From Bacteroidota bacterium (lineage in GTDB: Bacteria; Bacteroidota; Bacteroidia; 2-12-FULL-35-15), in the NCBI GenBank assembly GCA_037131555.1, contig JBAXQU010000003.1, positions 8,201 to 72,200 on the forward strand: a DNA stretch of 64,000 bases, in the 5' to 3' direction. A model generated the notes under the pieces. That model saw only the letters and a program-made list of their open reading frames with translations, ran no database searches and had not been told where the DNA came from. Numbering within the stretch: position 1 is the stretch's first letter; each line of letters begins with the position of its first letter. A program made the position numbers and the translations under genes. Below, in pieces: positions 10,212-19,718 of this stretch.

Positions 10212-12236
10212 ATGGAGTTTAAAATAATATCCGAATTTCAACCAACAGGTGATCAACCAACAGCTATTAAACAGTTGGTTGAAGGTGTAAATACCAATAT
10301 GCCTTCCCAAACATTGCTTGGGGTAACTGGTTCGGGAAAAACGTTTACTATCGCTAATGTAATCGCAGAAACCAAGAAGCCAACCCTCATTCTTTCGCAC
10401 AACAAAACCCTTGCTGCTCAACTATACGGAGAGTTTAAACAATTTTTTCCAGAAAATTCAGTTGAATATTTTGTTTCGTATTACGACTATTATCAACCTG
10501 AAGCATTCATACCCAGCTCAAATACTTATATCGAAAAGGATTTATCCATTAATGACGAAATTGAGAAACTACGTTTAAGTACAACTTCTGCCCTGCTTTC
10601 CGGACGTAGAGATGTGATTGTGGTTTCTTCTGTATCTTGTATTTACGGTATTGGAAACCCCATTGAGTTCAGGGAAAACGTAAAGACTTTTCGTAAAGGA
10701 GAAATTATTTCGCGAAACAAATTTTTACATCAATTGGTTGAAGGCCTTTATTCTAGAACCAACGGAGATTTTCTTCGAGGTAATTTCAGAGTAAAAGGAG
10801 ATACCGTTGACATCAATTTAGCTTATACTGATTATTCCTTACGTGTTACTTTCTTTGACGATGAGATTGAGGAACTTGAGTATTTCGAAACTAGCACTGG
10901 TAAAGCATTCGAAAAGCTAGACAATGTAATTATATACCCCGCGAATATCTTTGTAACTAGTCCAGCTACTATGCAGTCAGCTATTTTTCAAATTCAAGAA
11001 GATATGGTTAGACAAGTGGACTATCTCAAAGATCTTGGTAAACATCTCGAGGCTAAACGCCTCGAAGATAGGGTTACTTATGACTTAGAAATGATGCGCG
11101 AACTCGGATATTGTTCTGGGATAGAGAATTATTCAAGATATTTCGACAAACGTTCGCCAGGCTCAAGACCATTTTGCTTAATAGATTATTTCCCAAATGA
11201 TTTCCTAATGGTCATTGACGAAAGCCATGTGACATTGCCTCAGATAAGAGCAATGTATGGCGGAGATCGTTCTCGAAAGGTAAATTTAGTTGACTATGGA
11301 TTTCGTTTACCAGCAGCCCTTGATAATCGCCCATTAAAGTTTGAAGAATTCGAAACGATGATAAATCAAACTATCTATGTGAGTGCTACTCCCGCAGATT
11401 ACGAACTTGCAAAAAGCGAAGGCATAGTTGCAGAACAAGTCATTCGCCCTACTGGACTTCTAGATCCAATTATCGAAATACGACCAAGCGTTAATCAAAT
11501 AGATGATTTACTTGAAGAGATAGATAAAGTTGCCAAGCGTGATGAAAGAATCTTAGTTACCACACTTACTAAACGTATGAGCGAAGAATTACAAAAATAC
11601 ATGCTCAATGTTGGTATTCGTTGCCGATACATCCATTCGGATGTAGACACTCTTGAGCGCGTTGAAATTTTACGTGATCTCCGCTTAGGAAAGTTCGATG
11701 TTCTGATAGGAATAAATTTACTTCGAGAGGGTTTGGATTTGCCAGAAGTTTCGTTGGTTGCTATACTTGATGCCGATAAAGAAGGCTTTCTTCGTTCAGA
11801 TAGAGCGCTTACACAAACAGCAGGTCGAGCAGCACGAAACATTAATGGTAAAGTAATCATGTATGCCGACAAAATCACAGATTCGATGCAACGAACCATT
11901 GATGAAACCGAAAGAAGACGAAAAAAACAAATTGCTTATAATTTCGACAACGGGCTTATACCTACAGCTCTTAATAAGTCGCGCGCTTCCATCCTTGGAC
12001 AAACCACAGTCATTGTGGATGCTAAAGGTAACTTGGTGAGACCATACGTTGAAAACGACTCAATCAACTATGCTGCCGACCCTGTACTTCAATACATGAG
12101 CAAGGAAGAACTTCAAAAAGCTATTACTAAAACTCGTAAAGCAATGGACGCTGCTGCAAAAGCTTTCGATTTTGTTGAGGCTGCTCGACTTCGAGACGAA
12201 ATGTTTGCTTTGGAAAAATTTTTCTCAACCAAGTAA
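10212..12236 (+). CDS. uvrB: Excinuclease ABC subunit B
   Basis: The canonical N-terminus MEFKIISEFQPTGDQPTAI begins at the ATG at 10212. Walker A motif GVTGSGKTFT, helicase motifs, and a C-terminal UVR domain (FVEAARLRDEMFAL) are present. The track start at 10149 is a TTG codon inside the osmC terminator. Confidence 0.95.
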   Translation: MEFKIISEFQPTGDQPTAIKQLVEGVNTNMPSQTLLGVTGSGKTFTIANVIAETKKPTLILSHNKTLAAQLYGEFKQFFPENSVEYFVSYYDYYQPEAFIPSSNTYIEKDLSINDEIEKLRLSTTSALLSGRRDVIVVSSVSCIYGIGNPIEFRENVKTFRKGEIISRNKFLHQLVEGLYSRTNGDFLRGNFRVKGDTVDINLAYTDYSLRVTFFDDEIEELEYFETSTGKAFEKLDNVIIYPANIFVTSPATMQSAIFQIQEDMVRQVDYLKDLGKHLEAKRLEDRVTYDLEMMRELGYCSGIENYSRYFDKRSPGSRPFCLIDYFPNDFLMVIDESHVTLPQIRAMYGGDRSRKVNLVDYGFRLPAALDNRPLKFEEFETMINQTIYVSATPADYELAKSEGIVAEQVIRPTGLLDPIIEIRPSVNQIDDLLEEIDKVAKRDERILVTTLTKRMSEELQKYMLNVGIRCRYIHSDVDTLERVEILRDLRLGKFDVLIGINLLREGLDLPEVSLVAILDADKEGFLRSDRALTQTAGRAARNINGKVIMYADKITDSMQRTIDETERRRKKQIAYNFDNGLIPTALNKSRASILGQTTVIVDAKGNLVRPYVENDSINYAADPVLQYMSKEELQKAITKTRKAMDAAAKAFDFVEAARLRDEMFALEKFFSTK

Positions 12237-12346
12237 AATTTTATTATTACTTACAATTAATGTTGATGAGACAAATCTAACTTGTTTTGGGAATTATCTT
12301 ACTATAAGGAGTAGACACATGAAGGAATTTTCATAATTCCTGAAAA

Positions 12347-13300
12347 CTAGTTAAGCTTAAAAATTTGAATGGATTGGTCTTTGTGTTTGTGGAACTTTGG
12401 TTGATGCTCGTTCGCTCGGTCAGTACAGGTTACGATGGTATTTTCATCAATAAAACAAACACCTTCAACATTAGCATAGATTAGTTGATTGCCCGCACCA
12501 ACATTTCCATTTTTGTCACCTTTCGGAAAATTATAAACAATACTATTGCCAACAGTCTTCCAAACTGTTGGGCTAAGAAGTCCAATATATAATTCTGCAT
12601 CTTCTTGTGATGTAACCGCAATTTGGTCGTGAAAAATGGTAATATCTGAATAATCACGGAACTTGACGGGAATATTGAATTCAGAAACACCTACCCATGT
12701 CTCCCCTATGAGTTGCATTACCACAATTGTACCTGTTCCTTCAACAAGACCAAGTAAATAGTTAATATTATCTCGATTTACATAAGCAATACCTTCAAAT
12801 GCCTTGTTCGCATTAACTTCGGTAAATATTGAGTTGGACCAATTAACATTTTCAAGAACAAATGACTGGTCGAATTGATTGATACGAGGGGAATACAAAC
12901 TATCCTTGGGCTGGCTTTCTTCCACCACATACCAATGATTAGAAAAAGGATCAAAAGTGATTCCCTCGTAGTTCGACTTCCCTTGTTTTTTACCAATCAA
13001 TTGATTCATCTTACTATTACTCGGTAAAGTACTCAGAACTTTTCCAATCTCATGAGTGTTGTCAAAAACAATGTAGAAATAATTTCCATTTGCATATATC
13101 CCACTAGCACCAAAGTGATCGTTTTTGTCAAAACCCTTAATGAGTTTCGATATTTTAGATTCAGCGATGGGTGCATCGAGTTCACGATACTCAACTGTAG
13201 GAGGATTGTTCGGATTAAGCAATGAAACTGGACTTTTATTTTGACATGATAGCGTGAAAAATGTCACAAAAAGAAGTATTAATACGATGACTCTATGCAT
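12347..13300 (-). CDS. Hypothetical lipoprotein, possibly a beta-propeller of the SdiA-regulated/phytase-like type
   Basis: Signal peptide with a lipobox-like LSC, and a recurring (Y/F/V)EG(I/V) motif (YEGITF, FEGIAY, VEGVCF). The function call is weak. Confidence 0.4.
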   Translation of the reverse strand: MHRVIVLILLFVTFFTLSCQNKSPVSLLNPNNPPTVEYRELDAPIAESKISKLIKGFDKNDHFGASGIYANGNYFYIVFDNTHEIGKVLSTLPSNSKMNQLIGKKQGKSNYEGITFDPFSNHWYVVEESQPKDSLYSPRINQFDQSFVLENVNWSNSIFTEVNANKAFEGIAYVNRDNINYLLGLVEGTGTIVVMQLIGETWVGVSEFNIPVKFRDYSDITIFHDQIAVTSQEDAELYIGLLSPTVWKTVGNSIVYNFPKGDKNGNVGAGNQLIYANVEGVCFIDENTIVTCTDRANEHQPKFHKHKDQSIQIFKLN

Positions 13301-13320
13301 AGTTAGTTACCCTTACATAT

Positions 13321-14154
13321 TTAAAGAGCAAAATGTAAGACTGCCCAACCATTACTGATGGAAGAATTGATGAAGTGAAGGCCTAAGGATGTCGCCTTTA
13401 ATGTAAGCTCTTCGGCATCGGTTATGAAAAAACCAGAGAGCAATAAATGTCCATTTTTTTCGAGCGAATGGCAATAAAACTTCAAATCTCGAAGAAGTAT
13501 ATTTTTGTTGATGTTAGCAAGAATGATATCAAACTTTTTGAGATGAATAAACGAGGCATCACCTTTTAATGTGGTGACATTGGTAATATTGTTTTTTTCA
13601 AGATTCTCGATGGTGTTCTGAAAACTCCATTCGTCAATATCAATAGCCAATATAGGATTCGCACCTAATGTCGAAGCCAAAATGGCTAATATGCCTGTAC
13701 CACATCCCATATCAAGCAATGACTTATTAGACACATCCATATTCATCAAATTTGATATCATGAGTTGTGTTGTATCATGGTGACCTGTACCAAAAGACAT
13801 TTTGGGTTCAATCACTATGTTGAATTGATAATCGTTCTTAGGTTCATGAAACGGAGCATGGATAAAGCATTTTCCTTCTATATCGATGGGTTGAAAATTA
13901 CTTTCCCATTCTTTGTTCCAGTTTTGTTGAGGGATTATTTTTATGGAATAGTGAACTTGAAAAATAGACATATATTCTTCGAACATCGCCTTAACCAAGC
14001 CTTCATCAAAGGAATCATCCAAAATATAAGCTAAAAAACCTGTTGATGATTCAACAAAACTTTCGTAACCGAGTTCGGATAACTGAGCAATAAGAACATC
14101 ACTACCTTGTTCGCGAGGTTGTACTTCAACAGTAAGTTCAATATAATTTGACAA
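13321..14154 (-). CDS. prmA: Ribosomal protein L11 methyltransferase
   Basis: 277 aa with PrmA-like architecture and the SAM motif LDMGCGTGILAI. Confidence 0.85.
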   Translation of the reverse strand: MSNYIELTVEVQPREQGSDVLIAQLSELGYESFVESSTGFLAYILDDSFDEGLVKAMFEEYMSIFQVHYSIKIIPQQNWNKEWESNFQPIDIEGKCFIHAPFHEPKNDYQFNIVIEPKMSFGTGHHDTTQLMISNLMNMDVSNKSLLDMGCGTGILAILASTLGANPILAIDIDEWSFQNTIENLEKNNITNVTTLKGDASFIHLKKFDIILANINKNILLRDLKFYCHSLEKNGHLLLSGFFITDAEELTLKATSLGLHFINSSISNGWAVLHFAL

Positions 14155-14166
14155 AGCAGAAGAAAA

Positions 14167-14922
14167 TTAAGAAAATGAATTTACAATTGTTATAAAATCG
14201 TTGGCCTTAAGCGATGCACCACCCACTAGCCCTCCATCTACATCGATACAAGAAAATAAATCCTTTGCATTTTCCGCATTGCAACTTCCTCCATAAAGAA
14301 TTGCAGTACTTTCTGATATCTGTTTTCCGAATTTTTTATTTATTTCGGCTCGAATAAAATTGTGCATTCCTTGCGCCTGATGAGTGGTGGCTGTAACACC
14401 TGTACCAATTGCCCATACAGGTTCATAAGCAATGATAAGTTTCGAAAAATCTGCAGAAGACAAATGAAATAATCCTTCCTTGAGTTGTTGTTTCACTTTT
14501 TCTAAATGAAGATTTGCGTTTCTGTCATCCAAACTTTCGCCAAGGCAGAAAATTGGAGTAAGATTATTTGCTAAAGCGAGATTCACTTTTTGTGCAAGCA
14601 TCGCACTATCTTCGCCAAAATAAATTCTTCTTTCTGAGTGACCAATGATGACATTTCTTACTCCAGTAGAAGCAATCATTTCGGCTGAAACTTCGCCTGT
14701 AAATGCTCCTTTTGAAGCTTGATGACAATTCTGAGCAGCAAGTTCAAATCCATTCTCAGACTTCACTCTTTCGGCAATTGCCGAAAGATGAATAAAAGGT
14801 GGTGCAATAATTTTGGTTATTGAAGCATCATTTTGAAATGCTAAAAGATCCTCAACCAATTGCAATCCCTCAGCTAAAGTCTTGTTCATTTTCCAATTCC
14901 CTACTACTATCTTTTTTCTCAT
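14167..14922 (-). CDS. tpiA: Triose-phosphate isomerase
   Basis: Motifs GNWKMN, IIGHSERR and AYEPVWAIGTG. Confidence 0.95.
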   Translation of the reverse strand: MRKKIVVGNWKMNKTLAEGLQLVEDLLAFQNDASITKIIAPPFIHLSAIAERVKSENGFELAAQNCHQASKGAFTGEVSAEMIASTGVRNVIIGHSERRIYFGEDSAMLAQKVNLALANNLTPIFCLGESLDDRNANLHLEKVKQQLKEGLFHLSSADFSKLIIAYEPVWAIGTGVTATTHQAQGMHNFIRAEINKKFGKQISESTAILYGGSCNAENAKDLFSCIDVDGGLVGGASLKANDFITIVNSFS

Positions 14923-14976
14923 TGCAAGTTGTTTCTTTGTTGTTATTACTATTGTATCATACTATAATGGCCTTAT

Positions 14977-16053
14977 CTAACTTACCCTCACACGTGGGTC
15001 GAGTAAGCCGTAAATTATATCTACCAAAATGTTGATGATAACAAATACAACCGCAAAGATAAGCGTTGCACCCATTACTACTGGCAAATCATTATTGTTT
15101 AGTGCTTCCACCACTTCGAAACCTATTCCGCGCCAATTGAAAATAATTTCGACAAATACTGCTCCTGCCATTAATCCTGCAAACCACCCCGATACGGCTG
15201 TAACAACTGGGTTCAATGCATTCTTCAATGCATGTTTCATAACCACTTTATAATAACTTAAGCCTTTGGCAGTGGCGGTTCGAATATAATCTTGAGACAT
15301 CACTTCAAGCAACGAACTTCTCATCAATTGAATAATCAACGCTAAAGGTCGTAAGCCAAGAGTGATGGCGGGAAGTATTAAATTTTTCAAAACTAAATGT
15401 CGTTCACCAAAATCATCAAACGTGAATAATGACCCTTCATTGTTTAAGCCCGTATACTTAAACAATAAATAGCCGAACACCCAAGCAATGATTAAACCAA
15501 TAAAATAGGAAGGCAACGACATGCCGAAAATAGCAAACACTAATGAAAACTTATCCACCCAAGTATTCTTTTTTATGGCAGAAAGTATCCCGAGAATGAT
15601 TCCAAAAAACGATCCGAATGCAATGGCTGAGAATGCAAGCAATGCTGTAGCAGGAAGTGTTTTACTAATAATTTCCGAGACCTTTCGTTTGGTGATATAT
15701 GATCTTCGCAAGTAGGGCTGTTTGATAACTAATACCTTTGAACTCGAGATTGGGAATAATCGAAGAAAAGAATATTTTTTTTCATCCAAAAAAATGGCTG
15801 ATTCTTTTTCTTTTTCATTGTGTATCGATAGTGGTGATAGGTCGTTGATGTACATTGCAAATTGTGTGAGCAAAGGACGATCTCTTCCCAAATCGCGATT
15901 AATAATATCAACCGATGCTTTGTCGGCTCGCTGCCCAAGCATCATTCGTGCAGGATCGCCAGGTAAGACATTGAACAAAAGAAAGACTACGGTGATAACC
16001 CCTAACAATACTAGAAACCCATAAAATAGACGTTTGACAAGAAATCTAATCAC
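14977..16053 (-). CDS. ABC transporter permease (Dpp/Opp-type), with no partner genes nearby
   Basis: Multi-pass membrane protein with an EAA-like loop (IRTATAKGLSYYKVVMKHALKNAL). No ATPase or binding-protein gene lies adjacent. Confidence 0.75.
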   Translation of the reverse strand: MIRFLVKRLFYGFLVLLGVITVVFLLFNVLPGDPARMMLGQRADKASVDIINRDLGRDRPLLTQFAMYINDLSPLSIHNEKEKESAIFLDEKKYSFLRLFPISSSKVLVIKQPYLRRSYITKRKVSEIISKTLPATALLAFSAIAFGSFFGIILGILSAIKKNTWVDKFSLVFAIFGMSLPSYFIGLIIAWVFGYLLFKYTGLNNEGSLFTFDDFGERHLVLKNLILPAITLGLRPLALIIQLMRSSLLEVMSQDYIRTATAKGLSYYKVVMKHALKNALNPVVTAVSGWFAGLMAGAVFVEIIFNWRGIGFEVVEALNNNDLPVVMGATLIFAVVFVIINILVDIIYGLLDPRVRVS

Positions 16054-16059
16054 TTGTTA

Positions 16060-17184
16060 CTATTTAAAATCTTTTTGCTTCACATCATTGAAAGAAGGGA
16101 AGCGATGATAATGCCACATATCTATTACTGTTCCTCCTTTTAGCAAAATCAATCCAGGATTTGATCGAATCATCGTTTTTAGCACTGTACCATCGGTATT
16201 GTAGAAATCAGCAGTAACCTTGGTTTCTTCTTTAAATTTATCTATCGTTTCTTTGGTAGATGAAGTGAGTATTGCAAAGGTTATATTTTCTTGTTTGCAT
16301 AATGCCACAAAATCATTAATTTTTCCGAACACTTCTTTGTTGGTTAGTGTCAAATCATAGCAAATCAATAGGAAATTATAATTGGGATTTTCGATAATAT
16401 CTTGAGTATAATCACCACCTTCGGCTTTCACTATCGAGAAATCTTTAATCTTAGGGTCGATACCTTTTTTTGTGACTTCTTGCCTACTGCTTACATAGTC
16501 ATATTGTTTGTCCCAATCAGCTGGCCAAGCATCAAACTCTTTGGATGCTCCTGTTTTCTTATCTTTTAGAGTGTAGTAAAACTTTACCTCGTCAGGCACG
16601 CCTTTGGTTTGTGCGGGTATGTTTTTGCCAATTGCATAAGCCCGAAAATCTAAGATGGGAAGATAATTGTAGGTATAAAGCGGAAAGGCAGTGGAAAGAA
16701 GCACGAAGAAAATCAATAAGCCATTCTCCATTTTTTTTCCAAATAGAGGGTTGATGTACTTTTTGCCCATAAACAAAATAATAACCGAAACCAATAAGAC
16801 CAAATCTTTGGTGAACGATTGCCATGGTGTGAGGTGCCAAAAATCACCAAAACATCCACACTCGCGTACTTTATCGAAATATGCTGAATAGAAGGTTAAG
16901 AAGGTGAAGAACACAATTAAGAGAAACAACAACCAAAGTGTTAGTTTGGTGCGAGCCCCCATGAGTAATGCAAATCCAAGTGCTATTTCGAATACCACTA
17001 AGAATATGGCAAGTGGTGTGGTGATGGGAATAAAGTACTCGAAAAAATGAATGTTCTTAGCGAATATCTCGAAATACTCTACCAACTTGTAGGAAAAACC
17101 CAAGGTGTCGTTCGCTTTGATAAAACCTGAAAAGATCAACAAACACCCAACAAAAACTCTAAAAAAACCTGTTATTATTTTCAT
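16060..17184 (-). CDS. DoxX-like membrane domain fused to a thioredoxin-like domain (BT_3928-type protein)
   Basis: The N-terminal region has four or more transmembrane helices and a CGCFG motif. The C-terminal soluble domain is about 200 aa. Confidence 0.6.
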   Translation of the reverse strand: MKIITGFFRVFVGCLLIFSGFIKANDTLGFSYKLVEYFEIFAKNIHFFEYFIPITTPLAIFLVVFEIALGFALLMGARTKLTLWLLFLLIVFFTFLTFYSAYFDKVRECGCFGDFWHLTPWQSFTKDLVLLVSVIILFMGKKYINPLFGKKMENGLLIFFVLLSTAFPLYTYNYLPILDFRAYAIGKNIPAQTKGVPDEVKFYYTLKDKKTGASKEFDAWPADWDKQYDYVSSRQEVTKKGIDPKIKDFSIVKAEGGDYTQDIIENPNYNFLLICYDLTLTNKEVFGKINDFVALCKQENITFAILTSSTKETIDKFKEETKVTADFYNTDGTVLKTMIRSNPGLILLKGGTVIDMWHYHRFPSFNDVKQKDFK

Positions 17185-17218
17185 ATTATGTATTGTTATT
17201 TTTTAATTATTCTATTAT

Positions 17219-17767
17219 TTACTCGTTAAGCTTTATTAATGCAAACACACCGTAATTAATCATATCATGGAAATTAGCATCTACCCCTTCGGAGATTAAT
17301 GTCTCGCCTTTGTTGTCTTCTATTTGTTTTATACGAAGCAGTTTCATTAAAATAAGGTCGGTAAGGGAGCTCAATCGCATATCGCGCCAAGCTTCGCCAT
17401 AGTCGTGGTTTTTGTTTTCCATAAGGCTTTTGGCTTCTTTGGAATACTTGTCGAATAGTTTGTTTACCTCATCAGCAGGCAGTTCCATGCGTTCATCGTT
17501 TTTTAGGCCAAGTTGTATAAGCCCGATGATGGAATAATTGATAATGCCAATGTATTCGGAAGTGATGTCTTCATTAATTTTTTGTGTTCCTTTGTCTTCA
17601 ATATTTCGTATTCGTTGTGCTTTAATAAAAAGTTGATCGGTGATGGAACTTGTGCGCAGTATTCGCCAAGCTGTTCCATAATCTTTCATCTTCTTTAAAA
17701 AAATATCTTTGCATACTGAAATGGCTGAATCGAATTGTGAAGAAGTTTTATTTATTGTCATCGACAT
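17219..17767 (-). CDS. DUF1599 domain-containing protein
   Basis: 182 aa with two internal repeats (YGTAWRILR... / YGEAWRDMR...). It lies divergent from folP, the usual Bacteroidota arrangement. Confidence 0.7.
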   Translation of the reverse strand: MSMTINKTSSQFDSAISVCKDIFLKKMKDYGTAWRILRTSSITDQLFIKAQRIRNIEDKGTQKINEDITSEYIGIINYSIIGLIQLGLKNDERMELPADEVNKLFDKYSKEAKSLMENKNHDYGEAWRDMRLSSLTDLILMKLLRIKQIEDNKGETLISEGVDANFHDMINYGVFALIKLNE

Positions 17768-17842
17768 GTTGTAAAAAGCAATTGTTTATAGTTAGGTTCA
17801 TCATTCAACAAATTTAAATTCATCAATAAATTCGATTAAAAA

Positions 17843-18688
17843 ATGAGTGCACAAGATACGGCTTTTAATCAAAAAATAGACCAAATTTTTAATCCTTACG
17901 CTGAGGTAATGGTGATGGGGATATTGAATTGTACGCCCGATTCGTTTTCGGATGGAGGCAGTTATATGACGGAAGAAAACTGGCTGAAACAATGCGAAAA
18001 AATGATACATGAAGGGGCAGACATTATAGATATTGGAGCGCTATCGACACGGCCAAACGCGATAGAAATAACTGAAGAAGAGGAGGAAAAACGATTGATA
18101 CCTGTGGTAAGTTCGGTGCGAAAATGTTTCCCCAATGTGGTGATTTCGGTAGATACTTTTCGGGCCAAGATGGCGCATAAAGCGGTGGATGTCGGTGCTA
18201 ATGTTATCAACGATATTTCGGGTGGAACTTTTGATGAGATGATGTTCGGCACCATTGCCCAACTGAAAGTGCCTTATGTATTGATGCACAACAATGGCTC
18301 GTTCGAGAGGATGCACGAGAAGCAGCCTCAACTTAATATTCAACATCGGGTGGCTAGTTTCTTAAGGGCACAAATAGAGCGTTTGAACCAATTGGGTGTG
18401 ACAAAAATTGTTATCGACCCGGGTGTTGGCTTTGGAAAAACGATGGAGCAAAACTATCAACTTATTTCTGATTTCCGTTATTTGGAGCCTCTGCCCTACC
18501 CTATCCTTATTGGCATTTCTCGAAAATCAATGATTAGCCGACTACTGAACGTGCAAAGCAATGAGACTGTAAATGCGGCCTCTGGATTGCATGCTCACTG
18601 CATTGGGGCTGGTGCCAAAATCATTCGTGTACACGATGTGAAACCTGCCAAACAAGTAATTGAGGTAATGAAGGCGTTGAAGATTTGA
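17843..18688 (+). CDS. folP: Dihydropteroate synthase
   Basis: Motifs GILNCTPDSFSDGG, DIGALSTRP, NDISGG and GISRKS. Confidence 0.95.
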   Translation: MSAQDTAFNQKIDQIFNPYAEVMVMGILNCTPDSFSDGGSYMTEENWLKQCEKMIHEGADIIDIGALSTRPNAIEITEEEEEKRLIPVVSSVRKCFPNVVISVDTFRAKMAHKAVDVGANVINDISGGTFDEMMFGTIAQLKVPYVLMHNNGSFERMHEKQPQLNIQHRVASFLRAQIERLNQLGVTKIVIDPGVGFGKTMEQNYQLISDFRYLEPLPYPILIGISRKSMISRLLNVQSNETVNAASGLHAHCIGAGAKIIRVHDVKPAKQVIEVMKALKI

Positions 18689-18758
18689 GACATGAGATAT
18701 GAGTATTGAGATGGAGGGTGGGGAGAAAAAAAAACCGAACATTCTTGCAAATAGGTCA

Positions 18759-18893
18759 GAGATTTCTCACTTCGTTCGAAATGACAGTTGTTTTCAGGAA
18801 GGGGATAAACAAAAAAAGGTGGCAAAGCCGCCTTTTTTTTATTCCTATAATTAACACATGAATGGTGTCATATCGAACGAAGTGAGAAATCTC
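18759..18893. repeat. 135-bp element bounded by 28-bp terminal inverted repeats, enclosing a terminator hairpin
   Basis: Left arm gagatttctcacttcgttcgaaatgaca (18759-18786). The reverse complement of the right arm (18866-18893) matches it at 27 of 28 positions. Confidence 0.8.
18811..18841 (+). terminator. Bidirectional rho-independent terminator downstream of folP
   Basis: aaaaaaa-ggtggc-aaa-gccgcc-tttttttt: a GC-rich stem flanked by an A-run and a T-run. Confidence 0.7.
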
Positions 18894-18924
18894 CAACAAC
18901 TAGTAGGGTAGAATTCACAATTTC

Positions 18925-18951
18925 GGTTTTGGGATGGGGGATTTTGGGGAT
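18925..18951 (+). repeat. Left copy of an imperfect direct repeat (GGTTTTGGGATGGGGGATTTTGGGGAT)
   Basis: Shares GGATGGG(GG)ATTTTGGGGAT with 21446-21463; the two copies differ by a GG indel. Confidence 0.6.
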
Positions 18952-19052
18952 TTCGAACCATATCATCCTTTTAATACAATTAGAATTATTTGTTTGGTTG
19001 CTTATTTCCTGACACAAACCCCACTATACAAAGGTTTCAAGCTTTATTTGTT

Positions 19053-19065
19053 TATATATGTATAG
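19053..19065 (-). repeat. Weaker copy of the AT-alternating box (reverse complement CTATACATATATA)
   Basis: Matches 11 of 13 positions of ATACATATATATA. It lies 58 nt from array A and points away from it. Confidence 0.35.
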
Positions 19066-19123
19066 TTTTCTTTTTGTAAATTATTATCTAACGCTCTCAT
19101 CTATCTATCCATTTTCTAGTATG

Positions 19124-19438
19124 GGTAGTCATTCTCATGGAAATGGCAGCCATTCCCTTGAAGATGGCAGTCATTCTCATGGAAATGGTAGCCATTCTCT
19201 TGAAAAGGGTAGTCATTCCCTTGAAGATAGTAGCCATTCTCTTGAAGATGGTAGCCATTCCCATGAAGATGGTAGCCATTCTCTTGAAGATGGTAGCCAT
19301 TCCCATGAAGATGGTAGTCATTCTCTTGAAGATGGTAGCCATTCCCATGAAGATGGTAGCCATTCCCTTGAAAAGGGTAGCCATTCCCTTGGAAAGGGTA
19401 GTCATTCCCTTGGAAATGGTAGACATATCCACTTAACT
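19124..19438. repeat. Tandem array A: 14 full copies plus 1 degenerate copy of a 21-bp unit (consensus GGTAGCCATTCYCWTGAAGAT)
   Basis: I counted the units one by one, and the phase stays exactly 21 bp from 19124 to 19438. Variation is limited to a few positions. Three overlapping track ORFs (two plus-strand frames, one minus-strand frame) run through the array. Confidence 0.95.
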
Positions 19439-19718
19439 CCCTTTCACTCTCTTCATTTTCACATTGGCATACACCGACATAGCTATCAAATACAAGCAGT
19501 TAAATTGTATACACCCAATCCATACTTTCATTCAAAGAACCATTGCAGAGGCAAAAGTAATTGATTGGTAATGTTGACACAAAATTCGGAACAAAAGCCA
19601 AAATAGAATATGATATATAAGGTTTTTGAAAATAATTTGATTCTTCGATTTTTGAGAAAAAAAGAAAACCTAAACCAGAACCACCCCATTTGGATATTTT
19701 CTTGCCAATCGTAAAACC

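Noticed and set aside
18686-18713. Four tandem heptamers TGAGAYA/TGAGTAT starting at the folP stop codon (tgagaca tgagata tgagtat tgagatg).
   Set aside because: The repeat is very short and degenerate, and could easily be chance in AT-rich DNA. It is noted only because 7 bp is the sub-period of 21 bp.
18925-18951. The G-tracts (GGG, GGGGG, GGGG) of the island-flanking repeat, considered as a G-quadruplex.
   Set aside because: There are only three runs of three or more G in the left copy and fewer in the right copy, so a canonical four-tract quadruplex is not supported.
19058-19564. Track ORFs through array A (19058-19564 +, 19137-19436 +, 19097-19432 -) read as repeat proteins. One example is a His-rich GSHSLED heptad protein that starts at the ATG inside the TATATATGTATA box.
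   Set aside because: A 21-bp unit lacks stops in any given frame with probability of roughly 0.7, so several open frames per array are expected by chance. Three frames are open here at once. On the plus strand, arrays C and D are interrupted. A minus-strand frame is open in all four arrays, but that is also within chance expectation. I keep this only as a low-probability alternative inside the array findings.
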